From Octopus vulgaris (Eukaryota), in contig OX597828.1 in NCBI GenBank assembly GCA_951406725.2, positions 21,328,001-21,392,000 of the forward strand: a stretch of DNA of 64,000 nt, read 5' to 3'. This document shows, piece after piece, positions 1 to 13,329 of this stretch. The translations under genes and the position numbers were made by a program. The notes beneath the pieces are model-generated. The model was not told where the DNA came from. It did not search any database and saw nothing but the letters and a program-made list of their open reading frames with translations. Every line of letters starts with the position of its first letter. Position 1 is the stretch's first letter.

Positions 1-185
1 ATTTTGTCTGCCGTTACGTTCTGAGTTCAAATTCCGCCGAGGTCGACTTTGCCTTTCATTTTTTCGGGGTCGATAAATTAAGTACCAGTTACGCACTGAG
101 GTGGCTCTAATCGACTTAATCTCGTTGTCTGTCCTTGTTTGTCCCCTCTATGTTTAGCCCCTTGTGGGCAATAAAGAAATAAGAA
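1..185 (+). mobile_element. tRNA-derived SINE family 1 (5' part cut by window edge)
   Basis: B-box-like GAGTTCAAATTCC, then GCCTTTCAT..TTCGGGGTCGATAAATTAAGTACCAG (resembles the conserved Meta-type SINE domain) and tail CCCCTTGTGGGCAATAAAGAAATAAG; about 10 further copies in the window. Confidence 0.8.
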
Positions 186-565
186 ATGTTAATATCGATA
201 TTTAACATAAGCTCACGCCTCAATTTTACAGGAGGAATAATTTCGATAAAATTGATACCCCGTATTCTTCTGGTATCCGACGATTATCTATTAGGATTGT
301 ATCTCCAGAAAGAGAGATATATGCCCAATATATTAGCTGGAAGGACCTTAGTCCAAGTGAGCACTTAGTAAACTTGTTGGGTAGAATGGATAAGTTTATG
401 GGTTGCGAAACTCTTGCCATTCAGCTATCTCGTGTATTAGAAACATCTGCATATGCGCAGAGAATACGAATCTGGTGAACTGCTGAAGCTTTTGTTACAA
501 ATAAACAATGGATTTGTATGTTTGTATATAGGTACGTTTGTTGCATACATACATACATGCATACG

Positions 566-800
<235 letters not shown>

Positions 801-1189
801 TATATGAATATCCGTAAACCTACTTACGTACGTACATACGTACACTTTAAATCTGAAGGCTTTTTACGAGCACACGAAAGAAGATTATATGCAACAGAGA
901 TTCAGGATGAATCGAAGAGAATTCCCTGCCAGGGTTTAAAATGTCAGATCTTCCTTCAACTTTTACCAAACCTGAAATGATAGATGCTGAATATGACACA
1001 AAGGAAGTCAGAACCACATAAACACGTTGGTTGCTATTGACAACGGATACAACATCTACAACATCGATATTAACGTTATGTGGTATTGTAGCAAAAGATT
1101 ATATTGTAATATATGGTATGTCGGCAAAAACATGGCTGAGTGGTTAGCAAGCTTGCTTTCTAACTACGTGATTTCGGGTTCAGTGTGTA

Positions 1190-1473
<284 letters not shown>

Positions 1474-1487
1474 GTATGTATACACGT

Positions 1488-1789
1488 ATGGCCCAGTGGT
1501 TAGAGCAGTGGACTCGCAGTCGTAGGGTTGCGGTTTTGATTCCCAGGCCTGACATTGTGAGTGTTTATTGAGCGAAAACACCTAAAAGCCCCACGAGGTT
1601 CCGGTTGGGGTTTGTGGCGAACCCTACTCTACTCTTTCTCCCACAACTTTCTCTTCCTCTTGCTTCCTATTTCTGTTGTACCTGTATTTCAAAGAGCCAG
1701 CCTTGTCCCCCTCTGTGTCACGCTGAATCTCCCCAAGAACTACATTAAGGGTACGCGTGTCTGTGGAGTACTCGGCCACTTTCACATTA
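1488..1789 (+). mobile_element. tRNA-derived SINE family 2, 3'-truncated
   Basis: A box TGGCCCAGTGG; body matches 42242-42621. Confidence 0.85.
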
Positions 1790-1987
1790 GTAAATGAGCT
1801 GCGACGTCAGTGGTGCCAAGCTGTATCAGCCTTTGCCTTTCCCTTGGATAACATCGGTGGCGTGGATACGGGAGGCTGGTATGCATGAGCGACTGCTGGT
1901 CTTCCATAAACAACCTTGCCCAGACTTGTGCCACGGAGGGTAACTTTCTAGGTGCAATCCCATGGTCCTTCATAAACGAAGGGGGTC
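1790..1987 (+). mobile_element. SINE family 4, 3' half
   Basis: GGTGCCAAGCTGTATC...CTTGGATAACATCGGTGGCGTGGA...CTTCCATAAACAACCTTGCC shared with 47040-47220 and 59110-59260. Confidence 0.75.
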
Positions 1988-2197
1988 ACAAAATATGTAT
2001 ACACAACCGAAAGAGCTACTAATAGTTTCATGCTATTATGATACTTGAGCAGACATATTTATAAAATACGCCATGTTATCTTAAAGCAATCTTTGAGGCC
2101 CTGTTAAGACCAATGACAGAAATCTCAAAACTGGCACCTTCACGAAGCACGCACACACAAAGACACATGCGCACAGACACACGCACAACCACACAAA

Positions 2198-2245
<48 letters not shown>

Positions 2246-2712
2246 TACGCTCATAACACACGCAAACAATCCACTCACATGTACACACCCATATACATAG
2301 GTTTTGTGCGGCAAGCAAAATAAATAAATAAATAAATAAAATAAAGCTCAAAACATGAGTATATGTATATTTGATATATCTGATGCAGCTTGAAAATTGT
2401 TAGCGCAAGAAACTGGAACTCTGTGGTTGGGAAGCAAAATTCTTGTGTATGTCTTTTGTGTTTGTAACTCCACCGCTTCACAACCGGTTTTGAATATTTT
2501 TTCTTTCTTTATTTCAAAGTGATCTAGCTGTTCGGCAAAAGATCGATAGAATAAATACGAGTCAAAAGAAAATGGTCATCAGGCTCGATTTGTTCGAGTC
2601 ATCTTTTCAAAGCGGTGACCCGACACTCTGACAAGGTGTCCACCTTATTTGTCATACAACTAGGGGTTATTTTTTTTATCCTATTGGTTAAAGAGTTTGG
2701 AATATTTGCACC

Positions 2713-3087
2713 CTATTTCGTCTGTCTTTACGTTCTGAGTTCAAATTCCGCCGAGGTCGACTTCATCCTTTCGGGGTCGATTAAATAAGTACCAGTTACG
2801 CACTGGTGTCGGTATAATCGACTTAATCCGTTTGCCTGTCCTTGTGTGTCCCCTCTGTGTTTACCCCCTTGTGGGTAGTAAAGAAATAAGAAACATTGGC
2901 ACGCCGGACGAAATACTTAGCGGTATTTCGTCTGTCTTTACTTTCTGAGTTCAAATTCCGCCGAGGTCGACTTTGCCTCTCATCATTTTGGGGTCGATAA
3001 ATTAAGTATCAGTTGCGTACTGGAGTTGACTTAATCGACTGCCCCTCCCCCAAAATTTCGGGCCGTGTGCCTAGAGTAGAAAAGAAT
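2713..3087 (+). mobile_element. Two tandem SINE family 1 units (second with an alternative tail)
   Basis: TTCTGAGTTCAAATTCCGCCGAGGTCGACTT core occurs twice (about 2733 and 2943). Confidence 0.85.
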
Positions 3088-3129
3088 ATTTGCACCCTGT
3101 TGGGTGGGATTGGGGCGGGAAACTTATTC

Positions 3130-3353
3130 TTTTATTCTTTACTTGTTTCAGTTATTTGACTGCAGCCATGCTGGAGCACCGCCTTAAAGGGTTTTAATCG
3201 GAGAAATCGGCCCCAGGACTTATTCTTTGTAAGCCATCTACTTATTCTATCGATCTCTTTTGCCGAACCACTAATTGCGGGGACATAAAAGCAGCAGCTT
3301 CGGTTGTCAAGCGATGGCTGGGGTACAAACACACACACACATACACACACAGA

Positions 3354-3394
<41 letters not shown>

Positions 3395-3427
3395 ACATCT
3401 GTGTGTATATGTATATATATATATATG

Positions 3428-3464
<37 letters not shown>

Positions 3465-3625
3465 GACAGGCTTCTTTCAGTTTCCGTCTACCAAATCCAC
3501 TCACAAGGCTTTGGTCGGCCCGAAGTTATTGTTGAAGGCATTTGCCCCAGGTGCCACGCAATTAGACTGAACCCAGAACCATGTAGTTAGGGTGCAAGCT
3601 TTTTACCACACAGCTACGCTTGTGC
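3130..3625 (-). mobile_element. SINE family 3 (tRNA/CORE-like head, internal microsatellite, 3' body)
   Basis: Reverse complement of 44788-45182, with the internal TA/CA tract expanded. Confidence 0.85.
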
Positions 3626-3629
3626 CTTT

Positions 3630-4010
3630 CTTATTATAAGATTTAATAAATTACTGGAAAAGCTAGATTTTCTATGCAGTTTCCACGGTGGGTTAAATCA
3701 TATTATGATAAGAGTATGACATTTACTGTTTTTGATTTCTTTAGCTGGTTGTTGTTCAGAATCTGCGATGAATTTAGTGTGTCTTTTAAAAGCAGTATTC
3801 TTCTATGCTTTGTTATAGTTGTTTGTAGCTCGTGTAGATGTGGCTTATCTGAAAGTATATTGGTGATTTTTCACCTTTATGCTAATAAGATTCTTAAAAT
3901 CGCTGGAGGGTTATTTCTTCGATGTGAATGTGCTTTTCATTTAGATTTCTGTACGGTTTGTGTTTACATATGTAGAGACCTAAAGTTAAAGTCTGGAAAG
4001 CTATTGCTAT
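3630..4010 (-). pseudogene. Degenerate Penelope-like element RT thumb/linker fragment
   Basis: Minus-strand translation with frameshifts: KPYRNLNEKHIHI..NNPPAIL..II*FNPPW; matches the PLE pattern KPY.KP..YIH..SNHPP..IIWFNPP. Confidence 0.6.
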
Positions 4011-4011
4011 T

Positions 4012-4345
4012 TTTAAGTTTTAGTTCTTTAAAATTACTAATTAAGTCTCTCCATATTTTGGCTAGATTGTATCTAATTATGTTGTTATTGATTGCTAAAC
4101 CATCATCTCTGTATTAGCCTATTACCTAATTTTAAGACTTACTTCTTTAAAATTAGTAATTAAGTCTCTTCATTTTTTCCTAGATTATATCTGGTTATGT
4201 TGTTATTAATTGTCATCTCTGTATTAGCCTAGATCTAATTTTATGACTTAAGTTCTTTAAAATAACTAATTAAGTTTTTTTTTCATATTTTGCCTAGATT
4301 AATGTGATAATTGCTAAACCGTTATCTCTGCATTAGTCTATACCT
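4012..4345. repeat. ~110-bp tandem repeat, 3 diverged units
   Basis: TAATTAAGT..CAT.TTTT..CTAGATT and ATCTCTG(T/C)ATTAG(C/T)CTA each recur three times. Confidence 0.8.
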
Positions 4346-4738
4346 AAGTTGTTAAAACTAGATTTAAGATTATTGAAATTAACAACCGTATAGAACGCAA
4401 ATTTTTGCTTCTTCAAAGAGCCGCAAAATAAAATAAAATGGATAACTGATATCTTATTTTAGAGACTCTTTTGAGTCTTTATTGAGAAACTGACTTTCTG
4501 GCAAGTACAATTAGATCAAAATCGTTAGCACTTATGTTACAATGTGTTATTCTGAATTCTGTTGATTCGGCAAGGAAAGTCTTGAGGACTAATGGGTAGA
4601 ATTTGAACAAATCAAACCGTAGAATTTTACATCTTCTTTTATCATTATTGTTAGTAAACTAAAGAATTATAGCCTTATTATGTTGTTGTACTATGCTGAT
4701 GGTAGTATTTTAAATTTGAACAATATTAATTGTGTGTG

Positions 4739-4781
<43 letters not shown>

Positions 4782-4870
4782 TATGTATACATATATATGT
4801 ATACACTCGCACATAGTAAATTATATATATTTATATTTATATATTTATGTATGTATGTATGAATGTATAT

Positions 4871-4918
<48 letters not shown>

Positions 4919-4953
4919 GTGTATGTATATATATATGTATGTACATATATATG

Positions 4954-5008
<55 letters not shown>

Positions 5009-5009
<1 letters not shown>

Positions 5010-5220
5010 AGGGTGCATGGCTTAGTGGTTAGGGTGTTGCTCTGCGATCAATTCAACACCTGACGCGTGGTACACCTTGCACCTATTCAAACTACGTCGA
5101 TTTGACGGAGAGAGTGAACTAATCTGAGACACGAACATCTGACCACTATAAACAAATCATTTGTGCAGGTCGTTCGGCAAAGGCCGAACGCTCATAAGTC
5201 GTTTCCGACGGTGGGGTTCA
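5009..5220 (+). mobile_element. tRNA-headed SINE remnant with internal deletion
   Basis: A box TGGCTTAGTGG followed by a non-tRNA body, between microsatellites. Confidence 0.5.
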
Positions 5221-5230
5221 TCATATATGT

Positions 5231-5270
<40 letters not shown>

Positions 5271-5316
5271 GTATATCTATATCTATCTATTTATCTCTAA
5301 ATGTACACACACACAG

Positions 5317-5350
<34 letters not shown>

Positions 5351-5354
<4 letters not shown>

Positions 5355-5471
5355 ATTTGGCTCAAAAGCAAATAGCAAGGCCATGTAGGGGGACATGGAG
5401 TTAAGTACAGGGTGGTGTTCATGTAAAGAGTTCAGGCCACTTGAGGTCCAGGGAGGCTTTGAACAAAGCGG
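5351..5471 (-). mobile_element. Probable LINE 3' terminus between (TA)n tracts
   Basis: Minus strand reads ALFKASLDLKWPELFT-stop (CR1/L2-like FK..LD end) plus a short UTR. Confidence 0.45.
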
Positions 5472-5903
5472 TATATATATATATATATATACATACATAC
5501 ATACATACATACATACACATATATATATACATACATACATACATACACATGCTTACATACATATATAAATATATTATTTATGTAGTATTCAGACAGTTTA
5601 AGTATATTTTAACGAAATTTGACTGAAATTGATGGGTAAGCGTTTAGCCAATCAGATTCACAAGAAGCCATGACAGCTACGATTTGTGGGTTCGATTCAG
5701 CCTGAAGTTAGCTCATCATTTTTCGGTCATTTGTTTATATTTAAAAATTGTCGCTACAAAATGGGAGAATAAATATCATTATGATATATATTATATACAG
5801 TTATTGTACAGTTATTATACTATGAGCCTTCCATAGTAGCTTTCTCTCCGTAACTCGCAAAGCCTTTCGGGTTTGTTTATAAAAATATTATTTATGTAGT
5901 ATA

Positions 5904-5946
<43 letters not shown>

Positions 5947-5954
5947 GTATATTT

Positions 5955-6489
5955 GGAGATTGTCACTCCACATACAACATATACATGTGACTCACATATA
6001 TGAAACAGAAGGAAAAAATAACGAAAACAAAGTCTTCCGTTAGTTACGGACGCGTTTCTGGATTAGAATTATAAATCAATTCATTTCCTTCTTCGGCGCA
6101 ACATTCCATTAAATAGATTTTGAAAATGTTATACATACCTCCAGCTTCCCGAACTAGCGTCACCGGAGAGAGTAGGAGATAGCCAGCATAGGCCAAATCC
6201 ATATAGACAAATGAATTCGTACTTTCCCTCCAAAATTTTACCATGTGCGTCACAAAAATAGTTCCTTTGAAATAGAACTATGAATTGTCATAAGGGAGTG
6301 AAAAATTCCAGTTATAAGGGTAAATAATTATTACCGAAATCTACCCGGAAATAAATGTTGTTTTTTTTAAAATTTAATAATTATTTACCCTTATATTATT
6401 AATACTGGAATTAACCGAAGACTTTGTTTTCGTTATTTTTTCCTTCTGTTTTACATATGTGAGTCACATGTATATGTTGTATGTAGAGT
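5955..6489 (-). mobile_element. PLE-type non-coding element with hammerhead motif and ~80-bp inverted duplication
   Basis: Arms 5965-6045 and 6409-6489 are reverse complements; hammerhead motif on minus strand at 6102-6043. Confidence 0.7.
6043..6102 (-). ncRNA. Minimal type-I hammerhead ribozyme-like motif
   Basis: GUUGCG-CCGAAGA-AGGA..UCCA-GAAAC-GC-GUC-CGUAAC: 6-bp stem I, palindromic stem III ACGCGU, GUC triplet; U4 is replaced by C. Confidence 0.65.
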
Positions 6490-6585
6490 TATGTCTGTAG
6501 AAAATAGAAAGAAGCGGTCTTTGACTGCTATTTCTAATATTTTTCGGTATGTGGCTAAGCAACCTGGTGCTTGCCCTTTTATATA

Positions 6586-6663
<78 letters not shown>

Positions 6664-6716
6664 TGTATGTATGTATGTATGTACGTATGTATGTATGCAT
6701 GTATGTATGTATTATG

Positions 6717-6917
6717 TTTGTGAGTCTCCCTAACATCGCTTGACAACCGATGCTGGTGTGTTTACGCCCCCGTCACTTAGCCGTTCGGCAAGAGAGATCG
6801 ATAGAATAAGTACTAGGCTTCAAAAGAACGAGTCCTGGGGTCGATTTGCTTGACTAAAGGCGGTGCTCCAGCATGGCCGCAATCAAATGACTGAAACAAA
6901 TGAAAGAATAAAAGAAT
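6717..6917 (+). mobile_element. SINE family 3, 3' half
   Basis: ACATCGCTTGACAACCGATGCTGGTGTGTTTACG...GGCGGTGCTCCAGCATGGCC matches 45000-45180. Confidence 0.85.
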
Positions 6918-6997
6918 ACTACAGACACATATATATATATACACCCGTACACACCTATATACATCCATACATATCTATATACATCTACCGCCAGCCC

Positions 6998-7044
<47 letters not shown>

Positions 7045-7466
7045 AGTACCGACATGGAGTTTACTAGTGCCATTTGCTTTTAGTACATTAAGTAGACAGT
7101 TACTTCACAATACCAACAATGACAATAAAAATATCAAAATAAAAAAATAAAAACAACGATGTCGTCCTCTATCGTCAGGTAAAGATATTGGAAATTACTT
7201 ATAAATAATTCATCGACTTTAACACATAAATAAACACGCATAATTCTGTGTGTATGTATGTATGTATGTATGTATGTATGTATGTATGTATGTATGTATG
7301 TGTGTATGCTTGTATGAATGTATGTATGTATGTATGTATGTATGTATGTATGTATATATGTATATGTACGTATGCATGTATGAATGAATGTATGTTTGTA
7401 TGTGTGTATGTATGTATGTATGTATAGGTATATATATCAAATTTGCATATATATTTATAAATCTTC

Positions 7467-7517
<51 letters not shown>

Positions 7518-8538
7518 TATATATATATATTTGCATATATCTATATATTTATGTGAATATGTATTAAATCGTATATGTATATAAATAGGTAAATATATGA
7601 ATATGGGTATATATATGTGTACATATGTGTGTGTCTCTCTCCCTACCTCTATCTCTATATATTTATGCATATATATATATATATATTTATATACGCGTGC
7701 GTGTGTGTTTGTGTATGTATCTACTTGTATTAGAAATATATATATATATATATATATGTAATCCAGCATATATATAGATACGCATATACATAAATACATG
7801 CACATGTACATAATGCACTCCCCACTACATATATACACAAACACTTGATGTACAAACTAAACGCCATTCCTCTACCCTGCCATGTTCACTCTTAGATACT
7901 TTACACTAATACTCGTCCGTGTGTGTGTGTATATATATATATATACACACACACACATAAATATCTGTATGTATGTATATATATACAAATATATACCTCT
8001 GTTTTATACACACGCGTTTACAGGCATTAATATATAGATAAGTGTGTATAATTGTGTCTCTCTGCATATTTGAACGCTTATCAAACAATTAAATCGATCA
8101 AACGACGTCGAAGTAAAAAGAGTAGCAGAATGTAAACAATAAAACAAAAAACCAAATCGTTGTATGAGCAATAAGGAGTAAAAGTTGGTCGGGAAAACGA
8201 AAATATGTTACACACGCACTTACACACAGATACACGCAAACACACACATACACATATACATACACATATATACGCAGATACATACATATATATATATGCA
8301 TATATATATATATATATGTTTATATATGTTATAGACGTATATGTAACTCATGTATATATGTGTGTGCGTGTGTGTATAAGTGTATATATGTGTGTGCGTG
8401 TTTGTGTGTGTATGTATATGTGTGCCTGTATATATATATGTATATATATGTGTGTGTGTGCGCACGCGTTTCTGTGTATATATATATATATATATATACA
8501 TACCTATATATATGTACATGCATATATTTTTGTATGTG

Positions 8539-8574
<36 letters not shown>

Positions 8575-8610
8575 CATATATATATGTATATACATATAGA
8601 TATGTACACA

Positions 8611-8676
<66 letters not shown>

Positions 8677-8847
8677 CAAATATATGCATGTATATTCGTA
8701 TTTGTTAGTGTATATATTTGTTGCGTGGGTGAAATATAAATAAAGAAATACAGAATATATAAGATGGAAAAAATTTGGGTGGATATATAGTAAACAAAAC
8801 AACTTTTAAAGTATCACTATATTATCCACGTATGCCTATATATACAA

Positions 8848-8901
<54 letters not shown>

Positions 8902-8913
8902 GCATACATACAG

Positions 8914-8947
<34 letters not shown>

Positions 8948-8974
8948 GTCTGTATGTATGTATATGTCTGTATG

Positions 8975-9015
<41 letters not shown>

Positions 9016-9558
9016 GTATATATATATATGGTTTTATATAGATATACGTTTATAAGTACTGATATGTTTTTTGTGTGGACATATTTCTGTATGTATGTGA
9101 GTGCGTTCATATATATATATATATATATATACATACATTCATACACACACATATACGGTACGTATATGTGTGTATGTTTGTTGATATATTCATTGTAACA
9201 TATTTTTTAATCATGGCCGATTGGTTATAAAGTGACAGTGTATTATCGCAAGAATTTGTATAACAAAATCGGCAAAGAGTTACATTTTGAACTTAAAAAT
9301 AAAACGCCAACTATAAAACAGAACAAAACCTGATATATTTATATTGTTCCGCTGACGGATTGTATTTGCAAAGTGTTTGTCAGCTGCTAACTTTGTGTCT
9401 GAAAGCCGCGGCTTTACGAGATTTCCGCTTTAAATTTTAGTTATATAAACGAGTGTTGCTCATAATAATTATAATCTGGGTGCTTCGAGAGTCGTTGCAA
9501 CGCCTCTAGGCCAGCTATGATTCCTCTGTACCATTGTATCTTTTAAGAATCGTTAGTA

Positions 9559-9945
9559 TGCGGGGCAAAATCCTTAGCGGTATTTCGTCTGCCGTTACGT
9601 TCTGAGTTCAAATTGCGCCGAGGTCGACTTTGCCTTTCATCTTTTCGGGGTCGATTAAATAAGTACCAGTTACGCACTGGGGTCGATATAATCGACTTAA
9701 TCCGTTTGTCTGTCCTTGTTTGTCCTCTTTGTGTTTAGCCCCTTGTGGGTAATAAAGAAATAGGTATTTCGTCTGCCGTTACGTTGTGAGTTCAAATTGC
9801 GCCTAGGTCGACTTTGCCTTTTATCCTTTTGGGGTCAATTAAATAAGTACCAGTTACGTACTGGAGTCGACGTAATTGACTTAATCCCCTTGTCTGTCCT
9901 TGACTGTCTCCTCTATGTTTATCCCCCTGTGGGCAATGAAGAAAT
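9559..9945 (+). mobile_element. Two tandem SINE family 1 units
   Basis: GGTATTTCGTCTGCCGTTACGTT at about 9579 and 9763, each followed by the family core and tail. Confidence 0.85.
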
Positions 9946-9971
9946 GAATTTGTTTTAGTAATTGAGTCATT

Positions 9972-10140
9972 TCTTTAAAGGTTTTAGTCGAACGAAATGA
10001 GCCCGTTATTTATTTTTAGAGTCTGTTACTTTTTCTATCGGTCATTTTTGCTAGACCGCTAAGTTACGGAATCGGAAACAAGCCAGCGTCAGTTGCCATG
10101 CGGTGAGGTGACAAGTACAAAGGCATACAGACGCATATGC

Positions 10141-10171
<31 letters not shown>

Positions 10172-10232
10172 CATACATACATACATACATACATGCATGC
10201 AGGCATGCATACATACATACATACATACATAC

Positions 10233-10265
<33 letters not shown>

Positions 10266-10860
10266 TATATACATACATAGGCCCATATATATACACGCAT
10301 GCATACAAACATGCATACATGTATGCATATATACATACACACATACGTGCATATATACATACATACATAAATACATACATACATACATACATACATACAT
10401 ACATACATACACACACACACATATATACATACATAGGCACATATATATACACGCATGCATACAAACATGCATACATGTATGCATATATACATACACACAT
10501 ACGTGCATATATACATACATACATAAATACATACATACATACATACATAAATACATACATACATACATACATACATACATACATACATACATAGATACAT
10601 ACAGATGTACATACACACACACACACTACACGCAAAAATACATGCATGTATACTTTAAATTTTTTAAAGTCATTAGACTGCGGCCATGTTGGGGCAACGC
10701 CTTGAAGAATTTTAGCACAAAGTACTGACCCCAGCACTTATTTTTAAAGCTTGTTACTTATTCTATAGTTTTCTATAGCCGAACCGGGCTATTTACAGGG
10801 TCGTAAACATATCGACACTGGCTATCAAGCGGTGGTGGTCAGATGTGGACAAACGTTGAC
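9972..10860 (-). mobile_element. Two degenerate SINE family 3 3'-half fragments (9972-10125, 10665-10860) around a compound CATA microsatellite
   Basis: GACTGCGGCCATG and CCGCTAAGTTACGG motifs are shared with other family 3 copies. Confidence 0.6.
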
Positions 10861-10878
10861 ACAAACACTGTCACACAC

Positions 10879-10937
<59 letters not shown>

Positions 10938-10982
10938 ATTCTTTTATTTGACTGTGGCTATGCTGACGCACCGCCTTTATAT

Positions 10983-11184
10983 ATTTCTTTACTACCCCCA
11001 AGGGGCTAAACACAGAGGGGACAAACAAGGACAAACAAAAGGATTAAGTCGATTACATCGACCCCAGTGCGTAACTGGTACTTTATTTACCGACCTCGAA
11101 AGGATGAAAGGAAAAGTCGACCTCAGCGGAATTTGAACTCAGAACGTAACGGCGCGCTAATTTTTCTGCCAGCTCGCCGCCTTA
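10983..11184 (-). mobile_element. SINE family 1
   Basis: Reverse complement of the family core (GTCGACCTCAGCGGAATTTGAACTCAGAACG) and of the head (CAGCTCGCCGCC). Confidence 0.85.
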
Positions 11185-11413
11185 TTTTTTTTTTCTCAGA
11201 TTTGGTAACTAAGTAATCACTCAAAATCAGGAGACTGAGAATAATTCGCCTTTAGCCGAACAAATGAACACAAGAAATATTCTTTGCAAGCCAAATACTT
11301 ATTCTATCGGTCCCCTTTGCTGAACTGCTAAGTTACGGGGACGTAAACACACCAGCATCGGTTGTCAAACGATGATGGGGTCATAAGCACAAACACAGAC
11401 ACTCACAGATATA

Positions 11414-11926
11414 TCTATATATATAAAACTGTAGTTGTGTGAGTGTCTGTCCCCTTCGATTTAGATTCCTAACTACTCCCACATTTTGCGGTGCAGTTTA
11501 ACCAAATTCGGGTATCTTATAGTCGTGATTCATATCAAGCCCGTCTGAGTGTTAGCGCGCGTCTATGATGAGTCTACGATTTTAAAAATAATTTAACATC
11601 ATTTTTTATTCCATTTTAATGCATAATTTTTCGTGTGTCGATGGCGGCTGAGTTGGCGTCCATGGTCACACATGCACATGTTTGCTTCCCCCCTTTCTTC
11701 CCTCCCTCGTGAAGCTGTGGGGAAGGGAGTGTAAGGAAATCAACGTCGTAAAGCGTTGTCAAGGAGACCAGCGTTCTTTTAGAACAACGACTTCATGGCT
11801 TGAAGACACCAAAACAGAAATGGCTAAGAAAGCCCGATTTGGCATCTATAAGGGAAGTAACTCTCTAAAAATGCTTATATAGTTATTTCCCTTACAAACC
11901 CGAGCAACGCCGGGCGATACTGCTAG
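11414..11926 (+). mobile_element. Non-autonomous Helitron
   Basis: 5' A|TCTATATATATAAAA; subterminal GC hairpin CCCGAGCAACGCCGGG about 10 nt before CTAG|T; inserted between A and T with no TSD. Confidence 0.85.
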
Positions 11927-12439
11927 TAGATTTATATACGACGGACATCTTTCAGTTTCCCTTTACCAAATCCGCTCACAAGGCTTTGGTCAATCTGAGG
12001 CTATAGTAGAAGACACTTGTCCAAGGTGCCACGCAGTGGGACTGAACACAGAACCATGTGATTGGTAAGCAAGCTACTTACCACACAGCCACTGTACTCT
12101 ATATTTATTAATTTTTAGGCGTGAAAATGCTTATTCTACCACAGAAATAATTAAAATATAGAATTAACGATACCCATCGGCTGCGGAAACCCGCGATATA
12201 CTGAGGAAACCTCAATATAAATTTACGTATATGACCGCCAGAAAAATTCGCGATGTACTGAATGCGAGATAGCTGAACCACGATATGGCTTGGGATCACT
12301 GTATGTATATAACCCATGACACCAGAATGTAGTGATGGGGTAGATCGGACGAACACTTTTGATCATCATCTATTTTATGTATAATGTTTAGATCTATGAA
12401 TAGACATAAAAACTTACGAGAACACACTCAATATCTATG

Positions 12440-12486
<47 letters not shown>

Positions 12487-12707
12487 TTTAAGTATGTACA
12501 TACATATATAAGTATAAACACAGATATATTGTATGCATACATGCTTTCATGCATACATATGCATGTATATATACACATACATAATGCATGTATACATATA
12601 CATACAAACATACATACATGCATATATATATATGCATGTATATATACACATACATAATGCATGTATATATATACATATATATATACATACATATGTATAT
12701 ATACATA

Positions 12708-12747
<40 letters not shown>

Positions 12748-13329
12748 TATAAATACATACATGCGTACATACATATATACATACATATATACATACATAT
12801 ATACGTATATATATACGTATATATATATATATATGTATATATATATACATATACATACACACACACACATATATATATATATATAACATGTATATTATAT
12901 AACCGTATTTCACAGTGTATGATGCGCACATTCTGTTATTAAAAATTAGTTTTATAAACTGGCCTGAGCATTATTTACATATATAAGATCGTTTAGCATT
13001 TAATATCTTCGAATTTTATATTTTGGAGGAAATTTTCTCTTTATATTAGAAGCGCCCAATACACGTTCATACGTATTATACGCTGTGAAATGTGTTTGTT
13101 GATTCATAGTGCATTGTACAGCGTAATGGATGATTTGAAATCTAATAAATATACAATTTTAACGTCGCTCTGGAATATAATGTATTTACGCCAGAATTTC
13201 TATATCTTTGAGAATAGAAATTTGTGTTCGATCTGACCACTTGCTCATTTTGTTGCAAAGAATAACTATCTGTCACAGAATTACCATCTGTCATGGGTTA
13301 ACAGAGAAATTGTTATCTTATACCTATTT

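Larger units (their letters stand above)
10935..12092 (-). mobile_element. SINE family 3 host copy interrupted by a SINE family 1 copy and a Helitron
   Basis: Head at 11940-12092, body at 11246-11400, tail at 10935-10978. Confidence 0.75.

Noticed and set aside
860-1080. Possible coding exon in unique sequence
   Set aside because: Short frames only, no recognisable protein motif and no convincing splice pair.
3674-4117. 147-aa hydrophobic ORF
   Set aside because: It is the antisense of an A-rich Penelope relic plus a tandem repeat.
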